Origin: an uncultured Pseudomonadota bacterium
Lineage (GTDB): Bacteria; Myxococcota_A; Polyangia; Fen-1088
Direction: 5' to 3'
DNA length: 64,000 nucleotides
Assembly: GCA_963774325.1 (NCBI GenBank)
Contig: CAVZEF010000005.1
Location: 197,767 to 261,766, forward strand
Positions 51,781-64,000 of the stretch are shown here, one piece after another; the stretch's first letter is position 1; the number at the start of each line of letters is the position of its first letter. The notes under the pieces are model-generated. The model was not told where the DNA came from and ran no database searches. It worked only from the letters and a program-made list of their open reading frames with translations. Made by a program: the position numbers and the translations under genes.

Positions 51781-53829
51781 CGGCGGCGGTGTTTGGCGGG
51801 ATGCTCTCGGTGCTCGCTGCGACGGCCGACCTTCCGTCCGTGCCGGTCCCGGCCTCCGCGACGGCGCCCGTACCCGCCTACCAGACGATCGTGACCGCGC
51901 CGGTGCCGCCGGCCGCCGCGCCGCGCGCCGATTCGATCGCCGCTGTCAGCGTGGTCTTTCCCGCCGACAGCCCGCGCGCCTTCGACGATCTCGGCGATCT
52001 GCTCGTCGAGGTGCCGGGCGTGATCGTCACACGCTCGGGCGGCGTCGGGGACTTCGCGACGGTGTCTCTGCGCGGATCCAACCCCGACGAGGTGCGCTTC
52101 TACGTCGACGGCGTGCCGCTCGCCGTCGCGTCGGGCGGATCGATCGACCTCTCGACGCTGCCGCTCGGCGACGTCGAGCGCGTCGAGATCTACCGCGGCA
52201 CCACGCCGATCGGGTTCGCCGAGTCGGCGCTGGGCGGCATCGTGTCGATCACCACGCGCGCGCCGTCGGGGCCAGCTGCGCTTCACCCTGCGCGCCGGCG
52301 CCGGATCGTTCGGCACGCGTTTCGGCGACGCCACGGCGTCGGGATCGACCGGCCGCCTGCACGTGTACGCGGGCGCACACGCGATCGTCGCCGACGGGTT
52401 CGACTACCTGAACGACAACGGGACGGCCGCGAACCTGTCCGATGACGCCAACACGTTTCGCCGGAACAATCAGCTGGCGCAGGTCGACGGTGCTCTGCGC
52501 GCGGCGATCGATCTGCGCGGGCGCCGCCAGCTGGGCCTGGGCGTGATCGCCTTCGCGCGCGATCACGGTCTCGCCGGCATGGGGATCTTTCCGACGCAGC
52601 TCGCGCACTTCGACACCGCGCGCGGCATCGGCTACGCCAGCTACGACTCGCGCGACGACCTGGGCCCGGGCGGCCGCCTGCACGCGCAGCTCTTCGCGTC
52701 GGCGCAGCGCGATCGCTTCATCGATCCCGATGGCGAGATCGGCGCGATCCCCGCGCGCACCGACGACACCACGCTGTCGGCCGGCGCGACCGCCAACGCT
52801 TCGCGCCCGTTCGCCGAGTGGGCGCGCGGCGCCGCCATGGCCGAAGCGCGCCGCGAGACCTTCGCGCCGATCAATCATCTGGAGGCGACGCCGGTCGGCG
52901 TCCCCGCGGAGCGGCTGGTGGGCGCCGCCGGCGTCGAGGGCGGCTTCTGGTGGCGGCGCGCCGACCTCGACGTCGTGCCCAGCGTGCGCGTCGAGGTCGT
53001 GCGCGACGTGGTCACGGGGCGCGACGCGCTCTTCCAGACGCAGCGGCCCGCGGGCCCGCCGATCGTTCACGCGTTGCCGGTCGTCCGCCTCGCTCTGGCG
53101 CGGCCGCTGTCATCCAGCGTGACCCTCAAGGCCAACGCCGGCCGTTACGGCCGCGTGCCGTCGTTCCTCGAGCTCTACGGCGACACCGGGCCGCTGCTCG
53201 GCAATCCGCTGCTGCGTCCCGAGATCGGCTGGAACGGCGATCTCGCCGTCGAGTATCGCGCGGTCGGCGAGCGCGCGTCGGTCGCCGGGCGCACCGGCCT
53301 CTACGCGGCACGGGTCGACGATCTCATCGAGTGGGTGCCGATCTCGTACAGCCAGGCGCGCGTGGACAACATCGGCCGCGCGCGCATCTCGGGCGCGGAG
53401 CAGGATCTGGACGTCGATCTCGGGCGGCGCGTACGCGTGAGCGCGCATGCCACGTATCTCGACGCGCGTGACGCCAGCAACGTGGCGGCGCGCAACGGCA
53501 AGCAGCTGCCGTTGCGGCCGCGCGTGCACGGCTTCCTGCGCCCGCAGCTGCGCCGGCTCGCGCTCGGGCGCGCGCTCGAGGCGAGCGTGTATGTCGAAGG
53601 CGACCTCCAGACCGGCGCTTACTTCGACAGCGCCAACGTCGTGCCGATCGCGACGCGCGTCGTGCTCGGAGCCGGCGTCCAGATCGCGGCGCCGCGCGCC
53701 GGCCTCTTGCTCGCGCTCAGCGCGAAGAACCTGACCGAGCTCGCGCTCTCTCGACGTCGTGCAGTACCCGCTGCCCGGCCGTTCGATCTTTCTCTCGCTC
53801 ATGTGGTCCAATGAAAGTAAGAAGGAGTG
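51777..53829 (+). pseudogene. TonB-dependent outer-membrane receptor (BtuB-like by context), about two frame changes
   Basis: Plug domain in ORF 51777-52445 (LLVEVPGVIVTRSGGVGDFATVSLRGSNPDEVRFYVDGVPL..VERVEIYRGTTP..SITTR). Barrel in ORF 52363-53814. The last strand ..DVVQYPLPGRSIFLSLMW is in a third frame ending at 53829. Breaks are near 52272 and 53750. Confidence 0.8.
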
Positions 53830-53833
53830 AATC

Positions 53834-55093
53834 ATGATCCTCTCGAAGATGTTCCGGCCCTCGCACCGGCTCGTGCTCTCACTGGCGCCCGCGGCGGCGC
53901 TGGCGGCTCTCGGCTGCGGGAGCTCGAGCTCGCCCGGCACCAACGTGACCGCCCCTACGACGGGGCTCGCCGTGCTCAGCAGCGACTACAGCGCGACCAG
54001 CCTGTCGCTGGTCGACCCGACGACGCACACCGTGGTGCACGACGACTGCGTCGACTCCAACACCGTGCCGCCCACGCTGTCGCTGGCGCTATCGGGCGAC
54101 GTGGCGCTGCCGTCGCACGCGCAGAAAGGCGGCGACGTGCTGCTCATCGATGACGGGAACAGCGCGCTCACCTGGGTCGACCCCCAGACCTGCAAGATCC
54201 GCCACCAGCTCTCGGTGGGCGGCTTCAAGGCGCTCCCGCACGACGTGATCTCGGTCAGCGCCACCAAGGCATACGTGACCCGCTTCGCGACCAACGCCAA
54301 TCCCACGACCGATCCGATGACGTTCGGCGCGGACCTGCTCATCATCAATCCCTCGTCGTCGCCGCAGCCGACCATCGTCGGCCGCATCGATCTGGCGCCG
54401 TACGCCGCTCCCGTCGCCGGCGCCGTGATCGAGGCGCGGCCCGACAAGGGGGTGCTGGTCGGCGACAAGCTCTACGTGACGCTCGCGAGCCAGAGCAACG
54501 GCTACAAAGCCACCGGCGTGGGCCGGATCGTCGTGGTCGACACCACCACGGATCAAGTCAGCGGGATGATCGACATCGCGTCGCTGGCCGGCTGCGCGCG
54601 CATGGAGTACGTGGCCGCGACCCAGCTCCTCTACGTCGACTGCGGCGGGTCGTCCTCGGCCGCCGACGAGTCGCAGACCTCGGGCATCGCGCGCATCGAT
54701 CTCAGCGGCGCCGCGCCCACCGTGAAGGACACGCTGCCGGCCACCTGGCTCGGAACGCAGCCGCTCAACTTCTCCTGGGTCGCGCCGGTCTCGGACACCC
54801 AGGTCTGGACGGCGACCTTCGGCGCGTTCGATTCGACCAGCGGCGCGCAGACCGCGGCCGACGCGATCTGGTCGATCAACCCGGTGCTCGAGACATCGAT
54901 GATGTCGATCCAGGGCGGGGCGTTCAACCTGGGGCGCGTCGCGTTCCTCGCCAGCCCCCCCACGCTGTTCGTGCCCGACGCCGACATGACCCATCCGCTG
55001 GTGCACGTGCTGGATCTCGGCGGCGCCGCGGCGGTCGACATCGACGCCAACCCGTCGCAGCACCTGCCGCCGCGCGAAGTCGCCTGGTATTGA
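53834..55093 (+). CDS. lipoprotein with repeated blade-like units (beta-propeller-like), function unknown
   Basis: AAGGAG upstream and lipobox LAALGCGS. There are six to seven units of the type hydrophobic strand - D/N - turn (LAVLSSDYSATSLSLVD, DVLLIDDGNSALTWVD, DLLIINP, GRIVVVDTTTDQVSGMIDI, LLYVDCGG, GIARIDLSG, AIWSINP, LVHVLDLGG). Confidence 0.55.
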   Translation: MILSKMFRPSHRLVLSLAPAAALAALGCGSSSSPGTNVTAPTTGLAVLSSDYSATSLSLVDPTTHTVVHDDCVDSNTVPPTLSLALSGDVALPSHAQKGGDVLLIDDGNSALTWVDPQTCKIRHQLSVGGFKALPHDVISVSATKAYVTRFATNANPTTDPMTFGADLLIINPSSSPQPTIVGRIDLAPYAAPVAGAVIEARPDKGVLVGDKLYVTLASQSNGYKATGVGRIVVVDTTTDQVSGMIDIASLAGCARMEYVAATQLLYVDCGGSSSAADESQTSGIARIDLSGAAPTVKDTLPATWLGTQPLNFSWVAPVSDTQVWTATFGAFDSTSGAQTAADAIWSINPVLETSMMSIQGGAFNLGRVAFLASPPTLFVPDADMTHPLVHVLDLGGAAAVDIDANPSQHLPPREVAWY

Positions 55094-55286
55094 CGGCGCG
55101 TCACCGCGCGCAGGGCCGGTGCCGCGGCTGACGCGCGGCGGCGGCGCCGACGACGGAGGCCTCGGGCCAGCGGCGGAGACCAGCGCGGCCCGGATCGTGC
55201 AAAGCCCGCCGGGCCGGTTTTCATCGCCAGCCGCAAAAAGGCGGCGGACGTGTTAGCGTTCATCCTGGCGACGGAGCCCGGGCGGG

Positions 55287-57820
<2,534 letters not shown>

Positions 57821-57821
<1 letters not shown>

Positions 57822-58786
57822 TGGCGGTCGTGCTGGTCGTCGACGATTCGCCCGTCGATCGCGCGCGCGCGGGCGGCCTGCTGAGGAAGCGCCCCGATCT
57901 GACGCCGGCGTTCGCGTCGAACGGGCGCGAGGCGCTGGCTGCGATCGCCGAGCGCCCGCCGGATCTGGTGCTGACCGATCTGCAGATGCCGGAGATGGAC
58001 GGCCTGGCGCTGGTCGAGACGGTGCGGCGGAGCCTGCCCGGGCTGCCGGTGATCTTGATGACCGCGCACGGCAGCGAGGAGATCGCCGTGCAGGCGCTGC
58101 GCAAGGGCGCCGCGAGCTACGTCGCCAAGCGCAACCTGGCCGCGGAGCTGGTCGAGACCGTGCTCAGCGTGCTCGAGATCGCGCGCGCCGACCTGAGCCA
58201 GAAGCACATCCTGGCGTGCCTGACGCAGACCGAGTCGCACTACGAGCTCGGCAACGAGATCGGCGCGATCGCACCGCTCATCGGGCAGCTCGAGGCCAAC
58301 CTGAACCGCATGCAGCTCTGCGACGAGACCGGCCTCATCCGCGTGGCGGTCGCGCTGCGCGAGGCGCTGGTCAACGCCATCTATCACGGCAACCTGGATC
58401 TGACATCGGCGCTGCTCGAGGACGACGAGGTGCAGTTCACCGACCTGGCGGCGCGGCGCCCGCACGCGGAGCCGTACGCGCGCCGGCGCGTCCACCTGAT
58501 CGCGCGCGAGACGCGCAACGAAGTCACCTACGTGATCCGCGACGACGGGCAGGGGTTCGATCTCGCGTCGCTGCCCGATCCCACGCTGCCGCAAAATCTA
58601 GAGCGGCGCACCGGGCGCGGGCTGTTCCTGATCCGCACGTTCATGGACGAAGTGCGCCACAACGACGTCGGCAACGAGATCACCATGGTCAAGCGCCGCG
58701 ACGCCGCGGCGCCGGGGCTCACGCCCGGGCCGGCGCTACGGCCCATCACCGGCACGTTCCCGGCCGCGGTTCAGCCCACGAAGTAG
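57821..58786 (+). CDS. response regulator receiver fused to an RsbW/SpoIIAB-like HATPase (serine-kinase-type) domain
   Basis: The start overlaps the upstream stop (TGATG). REC (VLVVDDSPVD..LVLTDLQMPEMDG..YVAKR), then ..VAVALREALVNAIYHGNLDL..TYVIRDDGQGFD..GRGLFLIRTFMDEV. Confidence 0.8.
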
Positions 58787-59343
58787 AGCCCGTAGACGAG
58801 GTAGCCGATCCCGATGCCGCCCAGCAGCGCCGACGCGGCCCACAGCGGCTTGCGCTTGGTGATGAGACAGACCGACGCGAGCGCGATCGCGATCTGCAGC
58901 GACGCGATCGCGAACCCCAGCGGCTTGCCGTGCTTCGCGGCGGCGTCGCGCTCCGCCTCCAGCGCGCGCGCGTGCGCCTGGACGTCGGCTTCCTCCTTCT
59001 GATAGCGCGTCGCCTCTTCGGCCGCATGCGCGGCGTTCTCGGGCGCCGCTGCCGTGCGCGTCGCCAGCTCGGCGATGTGCCGCTTGATGCTCTTCGCTTG
59101 ATAGAACGCCCAGGTGTCCGACGCCTGCGCCTGGCTCAACATCACCTTGCTGCCGAAGCCACCGGACTTGAGCGATCCGATCGCGGCCGCCACGGCCAGG
59201 AGCACGATCTGCAGCGATACGTAGCGCGTCCAGCTCTCGCGCTTCTCTTTGAGCTTCGCCGCCTGCCGATCCTCGTGGATCGAGCGAATGAGCTCTCGCA
59301 CGTCCTGCTGGGCTTCGTCCAAGGCTTCGTGCACGGTCGGCAT
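58771..59343 (-). CDS. DUF4337-like membrane protein
   Basis: ATG 59343 (MPTVHEALDEAQQD..). TM segments flank DTWAFYQAKSIKRHIAELA. The 3' end overlaps the convergent gene by 16 nt. Confidence 0.55.
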   Translation of the reverse strand: MPTVHEALDEAQQDVRELIRSIHEDRQAAKLKEKRESWTRYVSLQIVLLAVAAAIGSLKSGGFGSKVMLSQAQASDTWAFYQAKSIKRHIAELATRTAAAPENAAHAAEEATRYQKEEADVQAHARALEAERDAAAKHGKPLGFAIASLQIAIALASVCLITKRKPLWAASALLGGIGIGYLVYGLYFVG

Positions 59344-59371
59344 GTCTCGTGTCCCCCTCGGGCGGTGCGGC

Positions 59372-59599
59372 TCAGTTGGCGGTCTCGTCGTCGGCATCAT
59401 CCTCGGCGGCGGGCGCGCCGTCGAGGTCTTCTTCACTGACCGGCGTGCCGATGCGGTACGCCCCGTCGAGCCAGCTCCCGAGATCGATCGAGCGACATCG
59501 CTCCGAGCAGAACGGACGGTACGGCCAGGTGTTGGCGGGCGCGCCCGGCTCCACGGTCAGGTCGCGCTTGCACGTCGGGCACTTGGGCGTCCTTTCCAT
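59372..59599 (-). CDS. yacG: DNA gyrase inhibitor YacG (zinc-ribbon)
   Basis: 75-aa product [38 protein letters not shown] plus an acidic tail. It is the 3' part of the long shadow ORF 59372-60631. Confidence 0.8.
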   Translation of the reverse strand: MERTPKCPTCKRDLTVEPGAPANTWPYRPFCSERCRSIDLGSWLDGAYRIGTPVSEEDLDGAPAAEDDADDETAN

Positions 59600-59731
59600 G
59601 AGCCAAAAGATAGAACGCTCCCCGAGCTGTTGCGAAAAAATTATCTGGTGGCGGGCGCCTTCCCGGGGAGAAAATCGGCCGTGGCAAACGGCGGCGTTCC
59701 CGGGGACGAGAACCGGGCTGGCCCACGCATC

Positions 59732-61000
59732 GTGACCCCGGCCGAGACGCCGCCTGCCGTCACGTCCGGGCCGGCGCCGGCGCCGCCGCGGCGCAAGAGC
59801 GGACTCTTCCCGCGCGTGGGCCACCTGCCGCGCGTCGTCTGGCTGTTCGGGTTCGCGAGCCTCTTCAACGACCTCTCCAGCGAGGCGATCTTTCCGCTGC
59901 TGCCCGTGTTCTTGACGTCGCTCGGCGCGCCGATGAGCTTCCTCGGCCTCATCGAGGGAAGCGCGGACGCGCTCGCCAGCGTGCTCAAGGTCCTGGCCGG
60001 CCGGCGGGCGGACCGCGGGCCGCGGCGCTGGATGGTCACCGGCGGCTACCTGTTGCCGGCGATCGCGCGCGCGGGGATCGCGCTGGCGGTTGCGCCCGCG
60101 CAGGTGCTGGCTGCGCGTTTGGTCGATCGCACGGGCAAGGGGATCCGGTCCGGCCCGCGCGACGCGATGCTCGCCGACTCGGTCAACCCGACCGAACGCG
60201 GCCGCGCCTTCGGGCTCAACCGATCGATGGACCATCTCGGCGGCGCGATCGGGACGCTCTTGGCGAGCGGTCTGGTGGCGGTGGGGTTGTCGCTGCGCTG
60301 GACCTTTGCGGTCGCGGCGTTCTTCGGGCTGCTCGCGCCCGTGCTGCTGTTCCGGCGGTTGAAGGATCCGCGCGCGACGCCCAGCGCGGCGTCGCCTCCC
60401 GCCACGCACGCCGCCGCGACCGCGCGCACGCGTGGCGGACTGCAAAAGGGCTTCGCCTTCTATCTCTCGGTGTGCGTGCTCTTCGCGCTCGGCAACTCGT
60501 CTGACGCGTTTCTGCTCGTGCGCGCAAGGGAGCTCGGCTGGGGCGCGGCGGCGATTCCGCTGCTCTGGTTCTTTCACCACCTGGTGAAGTCGGCCGTCGC
60601 GATCCCTGGCGGCGCGCTGTCCGACCGCCATTCACGCGCCGTCGTCGTGTCCGCCGGCTGGTTCGCCTACGCGCTGACCTATCTCGGCTTCGGCTTCGCG
60701 ACCGCGCGCTGGCAGATCCTGGCGCTGTTCGTCGCGTACGCGCTCTATCACGGACTGGCCGAGGGCGCCGAGCGCGCGATCATCGCCGACCTCGCCGAGC
60801 CAGGCGCGCGCGGTCGTGCCTTCGGCCTGTACCACGGACTGGTCGGCGGGGCCGCGCTGCCGGCGGGCTTCGGCACCGGCTGGATCTGGGACCATTGGGG
60901 CGCGCGCTGGGCGCTGTCAATCAACGCCGCGTTCGCGGCGATCGCGTCGTTGCTGCTGTTCTGGCTCGCGTTCGCGGGGACGTTGCGCCGCGCGAAATGA
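59732..61000 (+). CDS. MFS transporter
   Basis: GTG 59732 is tentative (alternative GTG 59648). Motifs [45 protein letters not shown]. About 12 predicted TM segments. Confidence 0.75.
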   Translation: MTPAETPPAVTSGPAPAPPRRKSGLFPRVGHLPRVVWLFGFASLFNDLSSEAIFPLLPVFLTSLGAPMSFLGLIEGSADALASVLKVLAGRRADRGPRRWMVTGGYLLPAIARAGIALAVAPAQVLAARLVDRTGKGIRSGPRDAMLADSVNPTERGRAFGLNRSMDHLGGAIGTLLASGLVAVGLSLRWTFAVAAFFGLLAPVLLFRRLKDPRATPSAASPPATHAAATARTRGGLQKGFAFYLSVCVLFALGNSSDAFLLVRARELGWGAAAIPLLWFFHHLVKSAVAIPGGALSDRHSRAVVVSAGWFAYALTYLGFGFATARWQILALFVAYALYHGLAEGAERAIIADLAEPGARGRAFGLYHGLVGGAALPAGFGTGWIWDHWGARWALSINAAFAAIASLLLFWLAFAGTLRRAK

Positions 61001-61203
61001 AGCGCGCGCCGGCTATTCCGCCGACCAGCTCCCAGTAGCGCGCCGCGCGCGGGTCCTGGCGCCCGAAGCACTGGCGCACGCTGGCGCACGCTGGCGTCCT
61101 GCGCGTCCTTGCCGCCAATCAGGCCCCCCAATTTGCGAGGCGCTCGATGTTGTGCGCTCCGGCGAACCGTGGCAAGATCGACGGCCCGGAGAGGTCGGCC
61201 ACC

Positions 61204-63189
61204 ATGTCCAGCGATGGAGATCGGGTGCGGGTCGGTCCTGAAGCGATGGAGAGTGAGCGGCGAGCATCCGAGGCGCGGTTGCGCTCGATCCTGGAGACTG
61301 CGCCCGACACCATCATGATGGTCGACCGCGCGGGCAAGATCCTGTTCATCAATCGCGCGCAGCCGCCGCTGGTGATGTCGGAGGTGGTCGGCACCAGCTG
61401 CTACGACTACGTGCCGCGCGAATCGCACCACCGCGTGGCGGCGGCGCTGGATCGGGTCTTCAACCAGCGCCTGTTCGACGAGTACGAGGTGCGCTCCACA
61501 GCGACCGCAGAGGGCGAGTGGGGCTGGTACTCGGTGCGCGCGGGCCCGATGATCGAGGGCGACAAGGTGGTCGCCGCGACGTTGTGCGCGACCAGCGTCA
61601 CGGCGCGGCGCCGCGACGAGGAGCGCAACCGCGAGCTGGTCTCGCGGTTGCAGAAAATAGCCAGCCAGGTGCCGGGGCTGGTCTTCCAGTTCAAGCTGCG
61701 GCCCGACGGGACGTCGTGCCTGCCCTACGCGAGCGAGCGCATCCGCGAGCTGTTTCGCGTGTCACCGGAGGAGGTGCGCGACGACGCGAGCAAGGTCTTC
61801 TCGATCCTGCACCCCGAAGACCATGACGACGTCGTCGAGTCGATCCGCTACTCGGCGAGCACGCTGCACCCGTGGCAGAAGGAATTTCGCGTGAAGTTCC
61901 CCGACGGCGAGGTGCGCTGGTTCTACAGCAACGCCGTGCCCGAGACCCAGCCCGACGGCTCGACGCTCTGGCACGGGTACGCCGACGACATCAGCCAGCG
62001 GCGCGCGGCGGATCGGGCCAAGGCGCAGCTCGAGGAGCAGCTGCGCCAGTCGCAGAAGGTCGAGAGCATCGGCAAGCTGGCGGGCGGCGTCGCGCACGAC
62101 TTCAACAACCTGCTCACGTCGATGATGGGGTTCATCGAGCTCGCGCTCATGGAAGCCGGGTCCGATTCGCCCGCGGCCGAGTACCTGGCGGGCGCCATGG
62201 ACGCGGCGAAGCGCGGCGCGGCGCTGACGCAGCAGTTGCTGGCGTTCGCGCGCAAGAAGATGGTACGGCCCGAGGTGCTGGACATCAACGAGGTCCTGCA
62301 GCGCATGGGCGCGATGATCCGGCGGCTGGTTGGCGAGAACCTGGACCTGTCGCTGTCGCTGTCGCCGTCGCTGGGCAAGGTCAAGGTCGACGTCGGCAGC
62401 CTGGAGCAGGTGATCATGAACCTGGTGGTCAACGCGCGCGACGCCGTGGGCGAGTCGGGGCGCATCACGCTCGAGACGCGCAACGCGTTCCTCGACGACG
62501 ACTACTGCCGCACGCACGCGGAGACCACGCCCGGCGAGTACGTGCTGCTCACGGTGACCGACACCGGCATGGGCATGACGCCTGAGGTGCAGGCGCGCGT
62601 CTTCGAGCCGTTCTTCACCACCAAGCCGACCGGTGAGGGGACCGGCCTCGGCCTCGCGATGTGCCACGGCATCGTCAAGCAGGCGGGTGGTAACATCTCG
62701 TTCTCGAGCGCGCCCGGGCTGGGCAGCACGTTTCGCGTCCATTTCCCGCGCATGCTCGGAGCGACGCCGCCGCAGCCGATCTCGATCTGGACGCCGGCGG
62801 CGACCACGACGGCGTCGGCGGGCAACGAGACCGTGCTGCTGGTCGAGGACGAGGAGACGATCCTGCGCGTGGCGCGCGAGGCGCTGACCGCGCTCGGCTA
62901 CCGGGTGATCACGGCGCCCGACGGCGTGCGCGCGCTGGAGCTGTTCGAGCGCACGCCGGAGCACGTCGACCTGGTCATCACCGACGTCGTGATGCCGCAG
63001 ATGGGCGGCCGCGAGCTGGCGACGCGCCTGGCGGCGGTGCAGCCGGGCATCCGCATCCTGTTCAGCTCGGGCTACTCGGAGAATGCCATCAGCGCCGACG
63101 GCGTGCTCGACGAGGGGATCAACTTCCTGCAGAAGCCCTACACGCCCACGACGCTGGCGCGCCGCGTGCGCGAGGCGCTCGACCGGTGA
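61204..63189 (+). CDS. hybrid histidine kinase: two PAS domains, HisKA-like (AHDFNNLL) DHp, HATPase, C-terminal REC
   Basis: GGAGAGG lies upstream of ATG 61204. Motifs LRSILETAPDTIMMVD, LVFQFKLRPDGTSCLPYAS, GKLAGGVAHDFNNLLTSMMG, DTGMGM, GEGTGLGLAM, and REC VLLVEDEETI..LVITDVVMPQMGG..FLQKPY. Confidence 0.9.
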   Translation: MSSDGDRVRVGPEAMESERRASEARLRSILETAPDTIMMVDRAGKILFINRAQPPLVMSEVVGTSCYDYVPRESHHRVAAALDRVFNQRLFDEYEVRSTATAEGEWGWYSVRAGPMIEGDKVVAATLCATSVTARRRDEERNRELVSRLQKIASQVPGLVFQFKLRPDGTSCLPYASERIRELFRVSPEEVRDDASKVFSILHPEDHDDVVESIRYSASTLHPWQKEFRVKFPDGEVRWFYSNAVPETQPDGSTLWHGYADDISQRRAADRAKAQLEEQLRQSQKVESIGKLAGGVAHDFNNLLTSMMGFIELALMEAGSDSPAAEYLAGAMDAAKRGAALTQQLLAFARKKMVRPEVLDINEVLQRMGAMIRRLVGENLDLSLSLSPSLGKVKVDVGSLEQVIMNLVVNARDAVGESGRITLETRNAFLDDDYCRTHAETTPGEYVLLTVTDTGMGMTPEVQARVFEPFFTTKPTGEGTGLGLAMCHGIVKQAGGNISFSSAPGLGSTFRVHFPRMLGATPPQPISIWTPAATTTASAGNETVLLVEDEETILRVAREALTALGYRVITAPDGVRALELFERTPEHVDLVITDVVMPQMGGRELATRLAAVQPGIRILFSSGYSENAISADGVLDEGINFLQKPYTPTTLARRVREALDR

Positions 63190-63227
63190 CCGACCGGCTG
63201 ATGGCTAACCCCGATGCGGGTCACTTA

Positions 63228-63305
63228 AACGCCAGGACGCCAGGAACGCCAAGTCCGAACTTCAAATAGTCCGGATCCTGGCGTTCCCCGCGTCCTGGCG
63301 TTTTC
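63228..63305. terminator. long imperfect inverted repeat with flanking A/T tracts between convergent genes (bidirectional terminator)
   Basis: AAACGCCAGGACGCcaGGAACGCC ... GGCGTTCCccGCGTCCTGGCGTTTT gives 14 + 8 bp arms. TTTT follows on the plus strand and the complement of the leading AAA provides the equivalent on the minus strand. Confidence 0.7.
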
Positions 63306-63325
63306 TTATCCGACCAGCGTTGCGG

Positions 63326-63916
63326 TTAACCCCCGCTGCGGGAGGGCTTCTTCGCGGCGCGGCCCTTGTGCAGCGGTTTCGCCGCCGGTTTGTCCTGCGC
63401 CTTGTCGTCGGCCTTCTTGGTCGCCTTGTCGTCGCTCTTGCCGGCTGCGGGCTCGGCGGCCTTGTCGCCACCCTTGTCGTTGTCGTCGCCGGTCTCGTCG
63501 CCGCCTTGCTCGGCCTTCTCGCGGGCGGCCTCGGCCTCGGCGGCCTTGCGCTCGGTCTCGGCCTCGGCGGCCGCGCGCTTCTTGTCATCCTCTTCGGCGC
63601 GCTTGACCTCGACGGCGACCTCGCGGTCCATCTCCTTTTGCCGCTTCTCGTCGCAGCCGACCGGCTCGCAATCGCCGGGGCACTCGCAGCGGGCATTCTT
63701 GTTGGTGCACATGCACGCTTCGCCCTTGCGATAACAACCGCAGGCGTTCAGCGTCACGCCGGGCGGCGCGCCTCTGCTGGTCGCCGCCTCGGTCTTGTCG
63801 GTCTTATCTTTTTTGGATGCTGTCTTCGCAACGGCGACCGCGCCGCCCATTCCCAAAATGAAACCGAGCGCCCAGATCACCACCGCGCGCCGCTGGAGCT
63901 GGTGTGACGTCCGCAT
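63326..63916 (-). CDS. membrane-anchored/secreted protein with a compact Cys cluster and a long Lys/Glu/Asp/Ala-rich tail
   Basis: Intact 196-aa ORF. N-terminal hydrophobic segment VVIWALGFILGMGGAVAVA, Cys cluster CGCYRKGEACMCTNKNARCECPGDCEPVGC, then a charged low-complexity tail. Confidence 0.5.
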   Translation of the reverse strand: MRTSHQLQRRAVVIWALGFILGMGGAVAVAKTASKKDKTDKTEAATSRGAPPGVTLNACGCYRKGEACMCTNKNARCECPGDCEPVGCDEKRQKEMDREVAVEVKRAEEDDKKRAAAEAETERKAAEAEAAREKAEQGGDETGDDNDKGGDKAAEPAAGKSDDKATKKADDKAQDKPAAKPLHKGRAAKKPSRSGG

Positions 63917-64000
63917 GTCCGCCTCCTGAAACCGTCAAGTCAGGCCCCAGGTCTACCGGATTTCGGGACGGGAAGCACGGCCGGTTCGTCGGGATCGTCC

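Overview
This is a very GC-rich chromosomal segment with GC3-saturated codons. The gene repertoire looks Myxococcota-like: FHA and Ser/Thr-kinase pairs, a TSP3-repeat OmpA, a DUF1552/DUF1592 pair, and many lipoproteins with Gly/Ala-rich linkers. All family names come from reading the translated ORFs by eye; no searches were run.

Content in order:
- tig-clpP-clpX-lon.
- A secreted carbohydrate-active cluster: GH79-like enzyme, ricin-type lectin protein, CE12-like esterase, unassigned hydrolase.
- An ECF sigma factor.
- A DUF1552/DUF1592/DUF1566/Ig-like lipoprotein operon with a divergent FGE-like gene.
- tRNA-Ser(UGA); a Cys-rich lipoprotein, an SRPBCC protein and a YpfJ-like peptidase; then tRNA-Ser(GCU) and tRNA-Arg(ACG).
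- A secreted FN3-like protein, a PP2C phosphatase, and a YdjC-like deacetylase coupled to an OPT transporter.
- A response regulator, a beta-propeller protein and pqqABCDE.
- valS, then a porin and an MHS transporter.
- An envelope cluster: DUF4398 lipoprotein, OmpA-TSP3 and a TPR-like protein.
- A Ser/Thr kinase and FHA protein, divergent from two large unknown ORFs.
- A histidine kinase.
- A cobalamin riboswitch followed by a small ORF, a TonB-dependent receptor and a propeller-like lipoprotein.
- A hybrid HK-Hpt and a REC-RsbW-like protein.
- A DUF4337 protein, yacG, an MFS transporter, a PAS hybrid kinase and a Cys-cluster protein.

Main caveat: many genes are interrupted by 1-nt indels at short G/C runs while their amino-acid sequence stays conserved across frames. 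Affected genes include clpP, clpX, lon, the OPT transporter, the PP2C phosphatase, pqqE, the kinase and the TonB receptor. Assembly error is the most likely cause.

Best candidates for new biology:
1. The B12-riboswitch unit with an uncharacterised lipoprotein and small ORF.
2. The FHA/kinase pair next to two domain-less large proteins.
3. The DUF1552/DUF1592 envelope operon.

I saw no CRISPR array, mobile element or rRNA.
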